Counted from the first letter of the stretch, positions 27,358 to 36,810 are shown. The stretch: 45,094 nucleotides of DNA from Clostridiales bacterium (GCA_015056475.1 SVGF01000003.1:1-45094), one strand, 5' to 3'. The notes: generated from the letters alone by a model not told the origin. Program-made: numbers and translations.

Positions 27358-28755
27358 TTATACTCTCTTCCAACGGATACCCTCTCTTGTATCCTCAATA
27401 ACGATACCCATATCCTTGAGAAGGTCGCGGATCCTGTCAGCCTCTGCCCAATTTTTGCTCTTTCTTGCAGCCTGACGCTGTGCAATAAGCTCCTCAACCT
27501 CTGCATCAAGGGCTGTATTATCATTTCTTCTTGTGAGAAGACCGAGCACGCCTGTCAACTCAACAAGCATATCCAGCGCATACTTTGCATCAGCTGCTGT
27601 GGAATCGGAATTAACGTTAACGTTGATATCCTTTACAAGGTCAAATATTGTGGAGATAGCGTCCGCTGTGTTGAGATCGTCATCCATCTTGGAATTGAAC
27701 GTATCTCTGTATGCATCAAGCTTTGCCTTCCAATCGGGGTTAAGCTCGCTATTGTCGCCTGACTTTGCGTTTATGAGCTGTTCAAGCATGAGCTTTGCGT
27801 TGTAAAGACGGTCAAGCGCATTTTTTGTACCTGCAATAGCATCATCGGTATAATTGATGGGGTTTCTGTACTGAACCTGGAGAATGAACATTCTTAAAAC
27901 CTCAAGGTCATACTTCTGGCTGACCTGACGCACTGTAACAAAATTGCCGAGGGACTTACTCATCTTTTCGCCATTGACCTGAATGTAACCGTTATGCATC
28001 CAATACTTTGCAAATTTATGTCCCGTGCAGCATTCGCTCTGCGCGATCTCGTTCTCGTGATGGGGGAATATAAGATCAAGGCCGCCTGCGTGGATGTCAA
28101 ACGTTTCGCCGAGGTACTTCATAGACATTGCGGAGCATTCAATATGCCAGCCCGGTCTGCCCTGACCCCAGGGGCTTTCCCAATAGGGCTCGCCCTCTTT
28201 TTTGGATTTCCAAAGCGCAAAGTCCATAGGATTCTTCTTTACGCTGTTAACGTCAATACGCGCACCGAGGTTGAGGTCGTCAAGATTCTGACCGCAAAGT
28301 CTGCCGTAGCCGGGGAAGCTTTCCGTATCAAAATAAACGTCACCATCAACGTTGTATGCATGGCCCTTATCCTCAAGATTCTTTACAAGGTCAATTATCT
28401 CGTTGATGTGCTCAGTTGCTCTGGGGTTAACGGAAGCAGGCAAAATGCCCAAGCCCTTGGCATCCGTATAGAATTCGTTGATAAAGCGATCGCCCAATTC
28501 TTTAACGGTGATACCGCTTTCGTTGGCACGGCGGATCATCTTATCATCGATATCGGTGAAATTCTGGACGTAGGTTACGTCATATCCTCTGTATGCAAGG
28601 TAACGTCTGAGGGTATCAAATACTACCATTGGTCTTGCGTTACCGATATGAATAAAGTCATATACTGTGGAGCCGCAAACGTAAATTGACGCTTTGCCAT
28701 CCTTTACAGGGATAAAGTCCTCCTTTTTGCGAGTCATAGTGTTAAATATTTTCAT
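27358..28755 (-). CDS. cysS: Cysteine--tRNA ligase
   Basis: [28 protein letters not shown] and KMSKS motifs. Confidence 0.99.
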   Translation of the reverse strand: MKIFNTMTRKKEDFIPVKDGKASIYVCGSTVYDFIHIGNARPMVVFDTLRRYLAYRGYDVTYVQNFTDIDDKMIRRANESGITVKELGDRFINEFYTDAKGLGILPASVNPRATEHINEIIDLVKNLEDKGHAYNVDGDVYFDTESFPGYGRLCGQNLDDLNLGARIDVNSVKKNPMDFALWKSKKEGEPYWESPWGQGRPGWHIECSAMSMKYLGETFDIHAGGLDLIFPHHENEIAQSECCTGHKFAKYWMHNGYIQVNGEKMSKSLGNFVTVRQVSQKYDLEVLRMFILQVQYRNPINYTDDAIAGTKNALDRLYNAKLMLEQLINAKSGDNSELNPDWKAKLDAYRDTFNSKMDDDLNTADAISTIFDLVKDINVNVNSDSTAADAKYALDMLVELTGVLGLLTRRNDNTALDAEVEELIAQRQAARKSKNWAEADRIRDLLKDMGIVIEDTREGIRWKRV

Positions 28756-28798
28756 AAAAGGTTCATCCTTTCTTTGTTATTATTATAAACCATATTAT

Positions 28799-28827
28799 AT
28801 TATACTACATACAATAAAAAAAGTCAA
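28799..28827 (-). promoter_or_regulatory. Sigma-A promoter of cysS
   Basis: TTGACT-17 nt-TATAAT about 45 nt upstream of ATG. Confidence 0.7.
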
Positions 28828-28883
28828 ACATTTTTACCGATATATGAAAAAAAATAGTATATAAAATATTCACGAATAAATTG

Positions 28884-28923
28884 ATATGCACCTCCAAGGT
28901 CTTACACTTTTGGAGGTGCATAT
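28884..28923 (-). terminator. Terminator hairpin after metA
   Basis: 14-bp stem ATATGCACCTCCAA/TTGGAGGTGCATAT. Confidence 0.75.
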
Positions 28924-28937
28924 TCTGATCGTTTTTA

Positions 28938-29855
28938 TTACTTTATTGTTGTAACGTCGTATGGCGTTGTCTGGTAAACAAAATAGTTCAGCCAGTTGGA
29001 GTATAAGAGATTTGCATGCGATCTCCACGTTACCATCGGGGGCTTTGTGGGATCGTCATTCGGGAAGTAGTTTTTCGGTATCTCAATGGGCTTGCCTGCG
29101 TTAACGTCACGAGTGTATTCCTTGTTGAGGGTTTGGGCATCGTATTCCGAATGACCCGTAATGAATATCTGCTTGCCGTTTTCAGTTGCAAGGGCATATA
29201 TGCCTGCCTCCTCGGAGGACGCAAGTATCTTTATTTCGGGAACCTTCTCAATATCCTCTCTCAACACGGTGGTGTGACGGGAATGAGGCACCATAAACAC
29301 GTCATCAAAGCCTCTCAAAAGTATGGAACGCTTATAATCAGCGGTGTGGGGGAAAATTCCGAACATCTTTTTTTCAAGAGGATATTTTTTAATGCCAAAG
29401 TGGTAGTAAAGACCTGCCTGCGCACCCCAGCAGATGTGGAACGTGCTGTGGACGTTTGTCTTTGTCCATTCCATAATTTCGCAAAGCTCTTTCCAATACT
29501 CAACTTCTTCAAATTCAAGATGCTCTACGGGCGCGCCCGTGATTATCATTCCGTCGAACTTTTCGTCCTTTACTGCGTCAAACGTCTTGTAGAATGCAAG
29601 AAGATGCTCCTGTGAAGTATTTTTGGACTGATGCGACTTTGTGTGTATCAGCGTCAGCTCCACCTGAAGCGGCGTATTGCCCAAAAGACGGGAAAGCTGA
29701 GTTTCGGTATCGATCTTTGTGGGCATGAGATTGAGCAATAATATCCTTAAAGGACGGATATCCTGCATTCCTGCGCGAGTTTCCGACATTACAAATATAT
29801 TCTCATCGTTAAGAGTTTTTGTAGCCGGCAATTCGTTTGGGATCTTTATTGGCAT
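28938..29855 (-). CDS. metA: Homoserine O-acyltransferase, predicted acetyl-specific (MetAA)
   Basis: QDIRPL..LNLMP, ICWGAQ, PHSR and GHSEY motifs. TGAPVE has Glu at the specificity position (Gly in succinyltransferases). Confidence 0.95.
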   Translation of the reverse strand: MPIKIPNELPATKTLNDENIFVMSETRAGMQDIRPLRILLLNLMPTKIDTETQLSRLLGNTPLQVELTLIHTKSHQSKNTSQEHLLAFYKTFDAVKDEKFDGMIITGAPVEHLEFEEVEYWKELCEIMEWTKTNVHSTFHICWGAQAGLYYHFGIKKYPLEKKMFGIFPHTADYKRSILLRGFDDVFMVPHSRHTTVLREDIEKVPEIKILASSEEAGIYALATENGKQIFITGHSEYDAQTLNKEYTRDVNAGKPIEIPKNYFPNDDPTKPPMVTWRSHANLLYSNWLNYFVYQTTPYDVTTIK

Positions 29856-29873
29856 AGTTTAATTCCTTTCGTA

Positions 29874-31157
29874 TCAGATGGTATCAAGAGCCTGAGCGAT
29901 ATCCTCAATGAGGTCATCAACGTTTTCGATACCGCATGAATATCTTACGAGGTCGTTTGTGATTCCTGCTGCAATGAGCTCCTCGTCGTTCATCTGTCTG
30001 TGTGTTGCGCTTGCGGGATGCAAACAGCAGGTACGTGCATCTGCAACGTGAGTTTCAATAGCTGCTATCTTCAATGATTTCATAAACTGCTCTGCTGCAG
30101 GTCTGCCACCCTTAAAGCCAAAGCTTACAACACCGCAAGTGCCGTTGGGCATATACTTTTTTGCAACTGAGTAATATTTGCTTGACTCAAGACCGGGATA
30201 TTCGACCCAAGCTATCTTTTCGTGCTGTTCAAGATATTTTGCGATGGCAAGAGCGTTTGAGCAATGGCGCTCCATTCTTACGTGGAGGCTTTCAAGACCG
30301 AGGTTCAATATGAATGCATGCTGAGGAGCCTGGATGGAACCAAAATCTCTCATGAGCTGTGCTGTAGCCTTTGTGATGAATGCACCCTCAAGACCGAACT
30401 TTTCGCAATATGTGATACCGTGGTAGCTATCATCGGGAGTGCAAAGACCGGGGAATTTTTCGGCGTGAGCCATCCAATCAAATTTACCCGAATCAACTAT
30501 GCAGCCGCCAACGCAAGCGCCGTGACCGTCCATGTACTTTGTTGTAGAGTGAGTAACGATATCTGCGCCCCATTCAATAGGTCTGCAGTTAACCGGTGTT
30601 GCAAAAGTATTATCAATAATAAGCGGTACACCGTGAGCGTGAGCAGCGTTTGCAAACTTCTCAATATCAAGAACTGTGAGTGCGGGGTTTGCGATAGTTT
30701 CACCAAAAACTGCCTTTGTGTTGGGGCGGAATGCAGCCTCAAGCTCCTCGTCCGTGCAGTCGGGAGAAACGAAGGTGAATTCAATACCCATCTTCTTCAT
30801 TGTTACGGCAAAGAGATTGTACGTACCGCCGTAAATAGTTGAGCAGGACACAACGTGGTCACCGCACGTTGCAATATTGAATACTGCATAGAAGTTTGCA
30901 GCCTGACCCGATGACGTGAGCATTGCCGCTGTGCCGCCTTCCATTTCGGCGATCTTAGCCGCAACTGTATCGTTTGTGGGGTTCTGCAATCTTGTATAGA
31001 AATAGCCCGAAGCCTCAAGGTCAAAGAGCTTGCCCATTTCCTCGCTTGTGGCATACTTAAACGTTGTGCTTTGCACGATAGGTATTTGTCTGGGTTCACC
31101 GTTTGCGGGAGTATAGCCTCCCTGAACACATTTAGTTTCAATTCTGTTATTCTTCAT
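29874..31157 (-). CDS. metY: O-acetylhomoserine aminocarboxypropyltransferase (sulfhydrylase)
   Basis: YTRLQNPT, DNTFATP, HSTTKY (PLP Lys) and HPASATH motifs. Start ATG 31157 after GGAGG. Confidence 0.92.
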   Translation of the reverse strand: MKNNRIETKCVQGGYTPANGEPRQIPIVQSTTFKYATSEEMGKLFDLEASGYFYTRLQNPTNDTVAAKIAEMEGGTAAMLTSSGQAANFYAVFNIATCGDHVVSCSTIYGGTYNLFAVTMKKMGIEFTFVSPDCTDEELEAAFRPNTKAVFGETIANPALTVLDIEKFANAAHAHGVPLIIDNTFATPVNCRPIEWGADIVTHSTTKYMDGHGACVGGCIVDSGKFDWMAHAEKFPGLCTPDDSYHGITYCEKFGLEGAFITKATAQLMRDFGSIQAPQHAFILNLGLESLHVRMERHCSNALAIAKYLEQHEKIAWVEYPGLESSKYYSVAKKYMPNGTCGVVSFGFKGGRPAAEQFMKSLKIAAIETHVADARTCCLHPASATHRQMNDEELIAAGITNDLVRYSCGIENVDDLIEDIAQALDTI

Positions 31158-31187
31158 GTTTTCCTCCGAAAATACGTTATTTTTTAT

Positions 31188-31413
31188 ATAAAAAACGCCC
31201 CAAAGCACAAATTGCCTTGAGACGAGAAATTCCCGCGGTACCACTCAAATTGCGATAAAACGCCGCTTAAAGACCTTAACGCGGTCACACGTAAAGCCCT
31301 ACGTATCGAGCCTTATGCTCGGGAGCCATAGGAAAACTGCCTTAGGTTGCCGACTCTCAACAAACGCCGACTCTCTGTAAACCGTATGGTCAGGACCCTC
31401 TCCGTCATAGCAA
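31188..31413 (-). ncRNA. T-box riboswitch (Met)
   Basis: Minus strand: AGAGA and GTTG boxes, specifier ATG (31329-31327) before CTCC-CGA, T-box AATTTGAGTGGTACCGCGG, terminator CGTCTCAAGGCA/TGCTTTGGGGCG plus T6. Confidence 0.88.
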
Positions 31414-31432
31414 AACTATTTAACCGAATATT

Positions 31433-31461
31433 ATTATATCATACTATTTTGATTTTTGCAA
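31433..31461 (-). promoter_or_regulatory. Sigma-A promoter of the metY-metA leader
   Basis: TTGCAA-17 nt-TATAAT with extended -10 TG. Confidence 0.7.
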
Positions 31462-31505
31462 TAGTATTTTTTAATTTTTATGGAATACTGCGATGGAAGT
31501 GCCAC

Positions 31506-31534
31506 TTGACAACCGTGCAACTTACTGATATAAT
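31506..31534 (+). promoter_or_regulatory. Sigma-A promoter of VUT-SDR operon
   Basis: Perfect TTGACA-17 nt-TATAAT with extended -10 TG. Confidence 0.85.
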
Positions 31535-31569
31535 ATTATACGTAAAAAGTCAAAGAAAGGAGTGTTCCC

Positions 31570-32301
31570 GTGAGCATAAAAAAAGAGATATACGAAACAA
31601 AACTTTTGCTTCGGTCCATCCCTGCAACTGTGGTGACGCTTTTTGTTGTTAGCATAATTTGTATGAATCTTTTGGCGAACAAAACGCTCATTCAGCTTGA
31701 TTGGATAGCACTTGACGGCGGAATACTCATATCGTGGCTTTCGTTTATGTGTATGGATATTATCACAAAGCATTTTGGGCCGAAGGCTTCAAACAGAATT
31801 ACGTTTTTGGCGGTTGGAATAAATCTTTTGACTTGCCTTATATTCTTTGTGGCGAGCGCGATACCATCAAATGCCGACGATTACACAGCGTTTGACGGAA
31901 TATTCGGCGGGACGTGGTTTATACTGCTCTCAAGCACTGTGGCGTTTATTATTTCCGCGCTGATAAACAATATGCTTAACTGGTCGATAGGCAAAGCTTT
32001 TCAGCGCGACCCGCATTCAAAGCTCGCTTTTGTGACGAGGTCCTACGTTTCAACGTTTGTTGGGCAGTTTATTGATAATTTTATATTCTCGTTGCTTGTG
32101 TTTACATTATTTGCACCTATATTCTGGGACGGCTTTTGCTGGACGCCGTTGCAATGCGCTACTTGCGCTGTTACGGGGGCTGTGGCTGAGCTTATAATGG
32201 AGGTGGTTTTCTCGCCCATTGGGTACAGGATCACGACAAAATGGAGAGAGGCAAACGTAGGTAAGGAATATCTTGATCATATTAACGGAGGGAAAAACTA
32301 A
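31570..32301 (+). CDS. VUT family (YhhQ-like) queuosine-precursor/vitamin uptake transporter
   Basis: MNLLANK, F.CMDIITKHFG, SSTVAFIIS...N and RSYVSTFVGQFIDN match the Vut_1 pattern. GTG start after AAAGGAG. Confidence 0.8.
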   Translation: MSIKKEIYETKLLLRSIPATVVTLFVVSIICMNLLANKTLIQLDWIALDGGILISWLSFMCMDIITKHFGPKASNRITFLAVGINLLTCLIFFVASAIPSNADDYTAFDGIFGGTWFILLSSTVAFIISALINNMLNWSIGKAFQRDPHSKLAFVTRSYVSTFVGQFIDNFIFSLLVFTLFAPIFWDGFCWTPLQCATCAVTGAVAELIMEVVFSPIGYRITTKWREANVGKEYLDHINGGKN

Positions 32302-32954
32302 TGAACGTACTCATAACCGGCTCATCACGCGGAATTGGGCGCGCAATTGCACAGAACTTTCTTGATAACGGGCACAGCGTAATAGGAATGGATATTCTTT
32401 CGGAGCATATTGAGCATTCCCGTTACACACATTTGATATGCGACGTGAGCAAAAAAGATGATCTTCCCTCGATTGACGGGATAGATATTCTTATAAACAA
32501 TGCGGGGACGCAGAATCAAAACGATATTGACACAAACCTTAAGGGATTGATATACGTTACGGAGAAATACGGCGTGAGAGAGGGAATTTCATCAATATTG
32601 AACATTGGCTCTGCAAGCGCGCACACAGGCTCGGAATTTCCCGAATACTGTGCGAGCAAGGGTGGAGTGCTCTCATACACGAAAAACGTTGCGATGAGGG
32701 TGGCGCAGTTTGGTGCGACGTGCAACAGCCTTGATCCCGGTGGTGTGACGACGTCATTGAACGATTGTGTGATGAATGACCCTGAGCTTTGGGAACAGAT
32801 AATGGACGTAACCCCACTAAAAAGATGGGCCAGCCCCGAGGAGATAGCAGAGTGGGCATATTTTTTGACGGTTACAAACAAATTCTGCACAGGACAATGC
32901 ATTGTGGTTGACGGCGGAGAGTCGATAAATTACAAATTCGTGTGGAAGGAATGA
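32301..32954 (+). CDS. Short-chain dehydrogenase/reductase (SDR), predicted NAD(H)-dependent
   Basis: TGSSRGIG, Asp after beta-2 (GMD), NNAG, catalytic S and YCASK, VDGG. TAATG overlap with the VUT gene. Confidence 0.92.
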   Translation: MNVLITGSSRGIGRAIAQNFLDNGHSVIGMDILSEHIEHSRYTHLICDVSKKDDLPSIDGIDILINNAGTQNQNDIDTNLKGLIYVTEKYGVREGISSILNIGSASAHTGSEFPEYCASKGGVLSYTKNVAMRVAQFGATCNSLDPGGVTTSLNDCVMNDPELWEQIMDVTPLKRWASPEEIAEWAYFLTVTNKFCTGQCIVVDGGESINYKFVWKE

Positions 32955-32982
32955 ATTATTACAGACAAAGTATAAAGAAACA

Positions 32983-33022
32983 GAGAGAACAAGCGGATTT
33001 TTCCACATTGTTCTCTCATTTT
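32983..33022. terminator. Bidirectional intrinsic terminator
   Basis: GAGAGAACAA/TTGTTCTCTC stem between convergent genes. Confidence 0.7.
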
Positions 33023-33024
33023 GT

Positions 33025-33405
33025 TTATTCTGATTTATGTTTTTTGAGCTTTAAGTTAGTTAATTCGTAGCTTATTTCCAGAAGCCATCTGAGGGTATCG
33101 TCATCAGTATCATTGTTGAGCACAATGGAAAGCCAATGAGTTTTATTCATGTGGTAGGCGGGGTAAATACCTCCCATGCTCATGAATGAGCCCATCATTT
33201 CGGGGGCACATTTTAAGTTGACTATATCCACCGTTTTGTCACCTGCCAGTCCAAGCTTTGAGCAATGCACGCTCATAATTACGGCAAACCATTTATCGTT
33301 AGACTTATGGCGAAACACAACGGTGTTGTCATCCTTTGCAAACGGGCGCTCGGCTTTTTCTGAATACTCGGTTGCAATATACTCCTCAAGCTGATTTCTG
33401 GTCAT
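33025..33405 (-). CDS. MmcQ/YjbR family DNA-binding protein
   Basis: KWFA, VNLKC, PAYHMNKTHW and SYELT motifs. Confidence 0.92.
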   Translation of the reverse strand: MTRNQLEEYIATEYSEKAERPFAKDDNTVVFRHKSNDKWFAVIMSVHCSKLGLAGDKTVDIVNLKCAPEMMGSFMSMGGIYPAYHMNKTHWLSIVLNNDTDDDTLRWLLEISYELTNLKLKKHKSE

Positions 33406-33421
33406 TTTAACTCACCTTTTA

Positions 33422-35452
33422 TTATATTATATCTGCGGCGATATCTTTGAGCACATCGTCGTCAATTACACCTTTGAGCTTTGCAATATCCTCAATAGAG
33501 AAATTCTCAGAATTATCGCTTATAAGGTCGGCAAGAACGTCTGGATCGATAATTGATGCAAGCTTTATTACCGTGTCAATATTTATCTCACAGCATTCCT
33601 GCACTATCTCGCGTATGCAATCGTCATCGATCAAGCCTCGAAGCATCAATACCTCGTCAATATCAAGATCGGATTCCATTGCAAGCTCTGCAACCTCATC
33701 GTCATCAATGTAGGTACTGAGCGATACAAGGTCATCGATCGAAAGCGGAGTCATATCTTCTGCAAGCTCAAATGCAGTATCCTCGTAAATTACGCCCTCG
33801 TTGATAAGGTCAATGATCTCATCGACCTCAAGCTCGCCGCTGAGGTTATCAAGCACGATCTCGTTGAGCTGATCCTCGGTCAAGACCTCCTTTAGCATTA
33901 TAAGGTCATGAACAGTAACCTCGCCCAATCTGTCCAAGCTGTCGCAAACTATTTCGTATATATCGTCCTCGTCAAGGATTCCGCCGAGCTTTAAGATATC
34001 GTCGATGGAGAGGTTGCCTCGATTTGAACGGCGACCCGATGTTGAGTTATTACCAAACTGATAATTATTGTTGCCTGAATAACGCTGATATTCCTTCTTG
34101 CACGTTTCCCATGCAGAGCCGTCTTTTATTGAACTAACTGCGCTTGGTTCGATAGCGCTTACGTCCTCAATAAGCTTTGCTCTCTCGGTTTCATCAAGCA
34201 TAGGATATATAAACGCTGCGGCATTTGTAATATCGTTCGCTTTGCTGTAGTAATTTTTTGCAATCTGCTTGAGTGCGGGCAATGATATTTTATCATATAC
34301 GTCCTTGATCTGAACAAAGCTCTTGCGATCGTTTGTATGCTCGATGGCGATATTATCTATTTCCTCCTGCGAGAATGCAAAATGAGCGTTTACTATTATC
34401 TTATATGCACCTGCGCCCCTTGAAAGAGAATTCATTGCGCACTGCTTTATAGTTTCATTTGAAAGCTGATCCTTAAAGCATACTACCTCAGCAAGGTCTG
34501 CACCGTTGGCACTCGCTTCAAGCACTAATTCGTTTATATCTCTGTCATCACCGGATGCGAACTTTGCGGCGATAATATCTCTAAGATTTGCACCCTGACT
34601 GCTCTTGTATTGGAAAAGCCAATCTGCAGTTTCCTTACTCATAAAGGGAGCAAAGCCCTGCATATCCGCTATTTTTGCGCCTTGATAGCTCTTTTTCTTG
34701 ATGAGACTATCAATATCACTTTGATTCATAAACGGAGCAAAAGCAACCATATCTGCTATTCTTGCGCCCATATCCGCCTTATAAGTTATCACCCAAGAGA
34801 TAGTGTCCTGACTTGCAAATGGAGCAAACGCCGTCATATCTGCAATTCTTGCACCTTGATAGCATTTTTCCTTCAAAATGGTATCAACTGCCTTTGAGGA
34901 AATAAACGGAGCAAACACTACTGCATCCGCAATGGGTGCGCCCTGACGTATCTTATTAACCACAAGCTTGTCAAGTACCTTTGTTGATACAAACGGTGCA
35001 TAGCCTGTAAGCTCGCAAAGCCTGCCGCCGTTTGCAATAAATTCCATGGCTTCAACGTCCTTATCGCCAAGCTCGCCGTCATCAAGATCAAAGTCCTCAT
35101 CGTTATTATCAGATGAGCTTTGATTTGAGGTTCTTCTTGACCACTCGATGCCGTTTAAGCAATTTGCAATAACGGCATTATCAATGCCAAGCTCTTTAAG
35201 ATCGTATTTGAGCTTATTCCACCCCTGCGGACCGTGGTTCAAGTAAGGTCCGATAAAGCTTGCGGCTTCAACAGCGTCACCCGTTTTTTCATATATGATC
35301 CTTGTGATCTCGTAGAGCGCGGGGTTGCTTATCTGCATAAGCACGCTTCTTATGGTTTTAACGTCCATAGTGTTATCTAAGTATGCGATCGCAAGCTCAT
35401 CCATATCAAGCTGTGTATGCATATGGCGCTCTTGTGTGAGAATCTTTACCAA
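33422..35452 (-). CDS. Helical-repeat protein; in-frame continuation of upstream XRE gene beyond a TGA
   Basis: Begins inside a third copy of the ~114-aa repeat of the upstream ORF. Contains 29-aa GAxIADxxxFAPF repeats and acidic ~27-aa C-terminal repeats. No convincing RBS at the TTG. Confidence 0.7.
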   Translation of the reverse strand: MVKILTQERHMHTQLDMDELAIAYLDNTMDVKTIRSVLMQISNPALYEITRIIYEKTGDAVEAASFIGPYLNHGPQGWNKLKYDLKELGIDNAVIANCLNGIEWSRRTSNQSSSDNNDEDFDLDDGELGDKDVEAMEFIANGGRLCELTGYAPFVSTKVLDKLVVNKIRQGAPIADAVVFAPFISSKAVDTILKEKCYQGARIADMTAFAPFASQDTISWVITYKADMGARIADMVAFAPFMNQSDIDSLIKKKSYQGAKIADMQGFAPFMSKETADWLFQYKSSQGANLRDIIAAKFASGDDRDINELVLEASANGADLAEVVCFKDQLSNETIKQCAMNSLSRGAGAYKIIVNAHFAFSQEEIDNIAIEHTNDRKSFVQIKDVYDKISLPALKQIAKNYYSKANDITNAAAFIYPMLDETERAKLIEDVSAIEPSAVSSIKDGSAWETCKKEYQRYSGNNNYQFGNNSTSGRRSNRGNLSIDDILKLGGILDEDDIYEIVCDSLDRLGEVTVHDLIMLKEVLTEDQLNEIVLDNLSGELEVDEIIDLINEGVIYEDTAFELAEDMTPLSIDDLVSLSTYIDDDEVAELAMESDLDIDEVLMLRGLIDDDCIREIVQECCEINIDTVIKLASIIDPDVLADLISDNSENFSIEDIAKLKGVIDDDVLKDIAADII
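34410..35029 (-). repeat. Intragenic 87-bp (29-aa) tandem repeats, 5 conserved plus 2-3 degenerate
   Basis: GARIADMTAFAPFASQ, GARIADMVAFAPFMNQ, GAKIADMQGFAPFMSK etc. Confidence 0.85.
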
Positions 35453-35464
35453 TGAAGCCGCATC

Positions 35465-36511
35465 TCAAAGCACAGCAGGATGCTTGCTTCTCCATACCTT
35501 ACCGCTTAAAACGTCGTTTATTTTAGCATCGTCAGCACCGAGAGCCTTTAAGTCTGCAATCATCTTTTGCTTATCGTTATAATCAAGATAAGGTCCTATA
35601 AAGCCTGCCGCCTCTATTGCGTCACCCGTCTTTTGGTAAATTACTCTTGTGATCTCGTGAAGTGCAGGATTTGTTATAAGCATGAGCAGACTTCTTATTG
35701 TTGCAACGTCCATAGTCTTTTCAACGTAGGATATAGCAATATCGTCAATATCGCGCTGTGAGTAGCGGCGATTCTTAATGATATCGGTTACAGTCTGAGC
35801 ATCGTAGTTCTGCAATACGTACTTTTCTCTCCATGCTCTGCCGTTTATAACGCTTGAAACGTCTTCATCATCAGCACCGAGAGCCTTTAAGTCGCCTGCC
35901 ATTTTGATGCCGTCAAGAGTGCTGAGTAACGGACCAATAAAGCACGCCGCTTCAATGGCGTCACCCGTCTGCTCATAGCGAATTCTTGTAATTTCTTTGA
36001 GCGCGGGATAACTTATAAGAGAAAATTTCTCTCTTATCTTTACTATATCACCTGTTTGCTTTATATATTCTATTGCGGTTGAGTCGATCTGCTGCTGTGA
36101 ATAACGATTGCGATTAGAGAATACACCGTCAAAGTCAACATGCGGCTTGTTACTTTCTATATACTCCTTTATTGCCTGTGCCTTTATAGCCTCGATATCT
36201 ACGGATTCCGGCTCTGCCTTTACCTTAGCACTCTGTTCTCTGCCGAGCAAAACGTCAATGCTCGTTTCAAGCACGGTTGAAAGCGCGAGCAAATTGTCAA
36301 GGTCGGGCATGGTGTCGCCACGCTCCCAATTTGAAACTGCCTGAAAGCTTACGCCGAGCTTTTCTGCAAGCTCTGTCTGTGTGTAGCCCTTTTCCTTACG
36401 GTAGGTGGCTATTACCTTACCTATTTTTCTTACGTCCAATTTTGTGATCTCCTTTTGATCGTTCTTGCTTTGAGTTCTTCGATCGTTAAATCTGAAGCTT
36501 TTCATAAGCAT
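35465..36511 (-). CDS. XRE-family HTH regulator with two ~113-aa helical repeats (N-terminal part of interrupted 1029-codon frame)
   Basis: RKEKGYTQTELAEKLGVSFQAVSNWERG..PD HTH_3; repeats YSQxxIDxxAIxY...TGDAIEAAxFIGP. AGGGGG RBS. Confidence 0.85.
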   Translation of the reverse strand: MLMKSFRFNDRRTQSKNDQKEITKLDVRKIGKVIATYRKEKGYTQTELAEKLGVSFQAVSNWERGDTMPDLDNLLALSTVLETSIDVLLGREQSAKVKAEPESVDIEAIKAQAIKEYIESNKPHVDFDGVFSNRNRYSQQQIDSTAIEYIKQTGDIVKIREKFSLISYPALKEITRIRYEQTGDAIEAACFIGPLLSTLDGIKMAGDLKALGADDEDVSSVINGRAWREKYVLQNYDAQTVTDIIKNRRYSQRDIDDIAISYVEKTMDVATIRSLLMLITNPALHEITRVIYQKTGDAIEAAGFIGPYLDYNDKQKMIADLKALGADDAKINDVLSGKVWRSKHPAVL

Positions 36512-36591
36512 CCCCCTTTTGTTGCTGTTTTAGAGTGTTTTGAGCTCTTACTCTTAAAACCATTGTACTGTAAAAGGGATTTTTTGTACAG

Positions 36592-36653
36592 CAAGCAGTG
36601 CTTGAATTTTTAAAATTTTTAATTTTGCCAAATTCAAGCTACACTTGAATTTG
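36592..36653. promoter_or_regulatory. Two palindromic operator-like sites CAAG-N5-CTTG upstream of XRE gene
   Basis: CAAG-CAGTG-CTTG (36592-36604) and perfect CAAATTCAAG-CTACA-CTTGAATTTG (36629-36653). Confidence 0.6.
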
Positions 36654-36810
36654 CGGATATATCCAATAAAACTTACATCGAAATTTAATAAGCAAAAAGC
36701 AACTTAAAAAATATTTTTTGGAAATATCCGTATTTTTTAAAAACGATACCAATTAAAGCACGTTACGTTTATATTATACCACATATTTTGCCGATTTTGA
36801 GTACAAACTA

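Noticed and set aside
27994-28689. 231-aa ORF antisense to cysS, and similar ones opposite valS, metA, metY and copA
   Set aside because: Shadow frames of conserved housekeeping genes with no RBS or domain signal.
31349-31376. Direct repeat GAGAGTCGGC x2 (minus strand) in the metY leader
   Set aside because: Explained by the T-box stem I apex: AG box plus a GTCGGC/GTCGGC helix with G-U pairs.
31535-31569. preQ1 riboswitch upstream of VUT gene
   Set aside because: Leader is about 30 nt and shows no preQ1 stem-loop plus A-rich tail pattern.
35420-35467. Selenocysteine insertion or genome-wide TGA reassignment
   Set aside because: The aligned residue in the sister repeat is Tyr, not Cys; I see no convincing SECIS hairpin; metY, helD and the nuclease end normally at TGA.
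35459-35473. prfB-like +1 frameshift at CTT TGA
   Set aside because: There is no upstream SD-like element, the +1 frame stops after six codons (EMRLHW*), and homology continues in frame 0.
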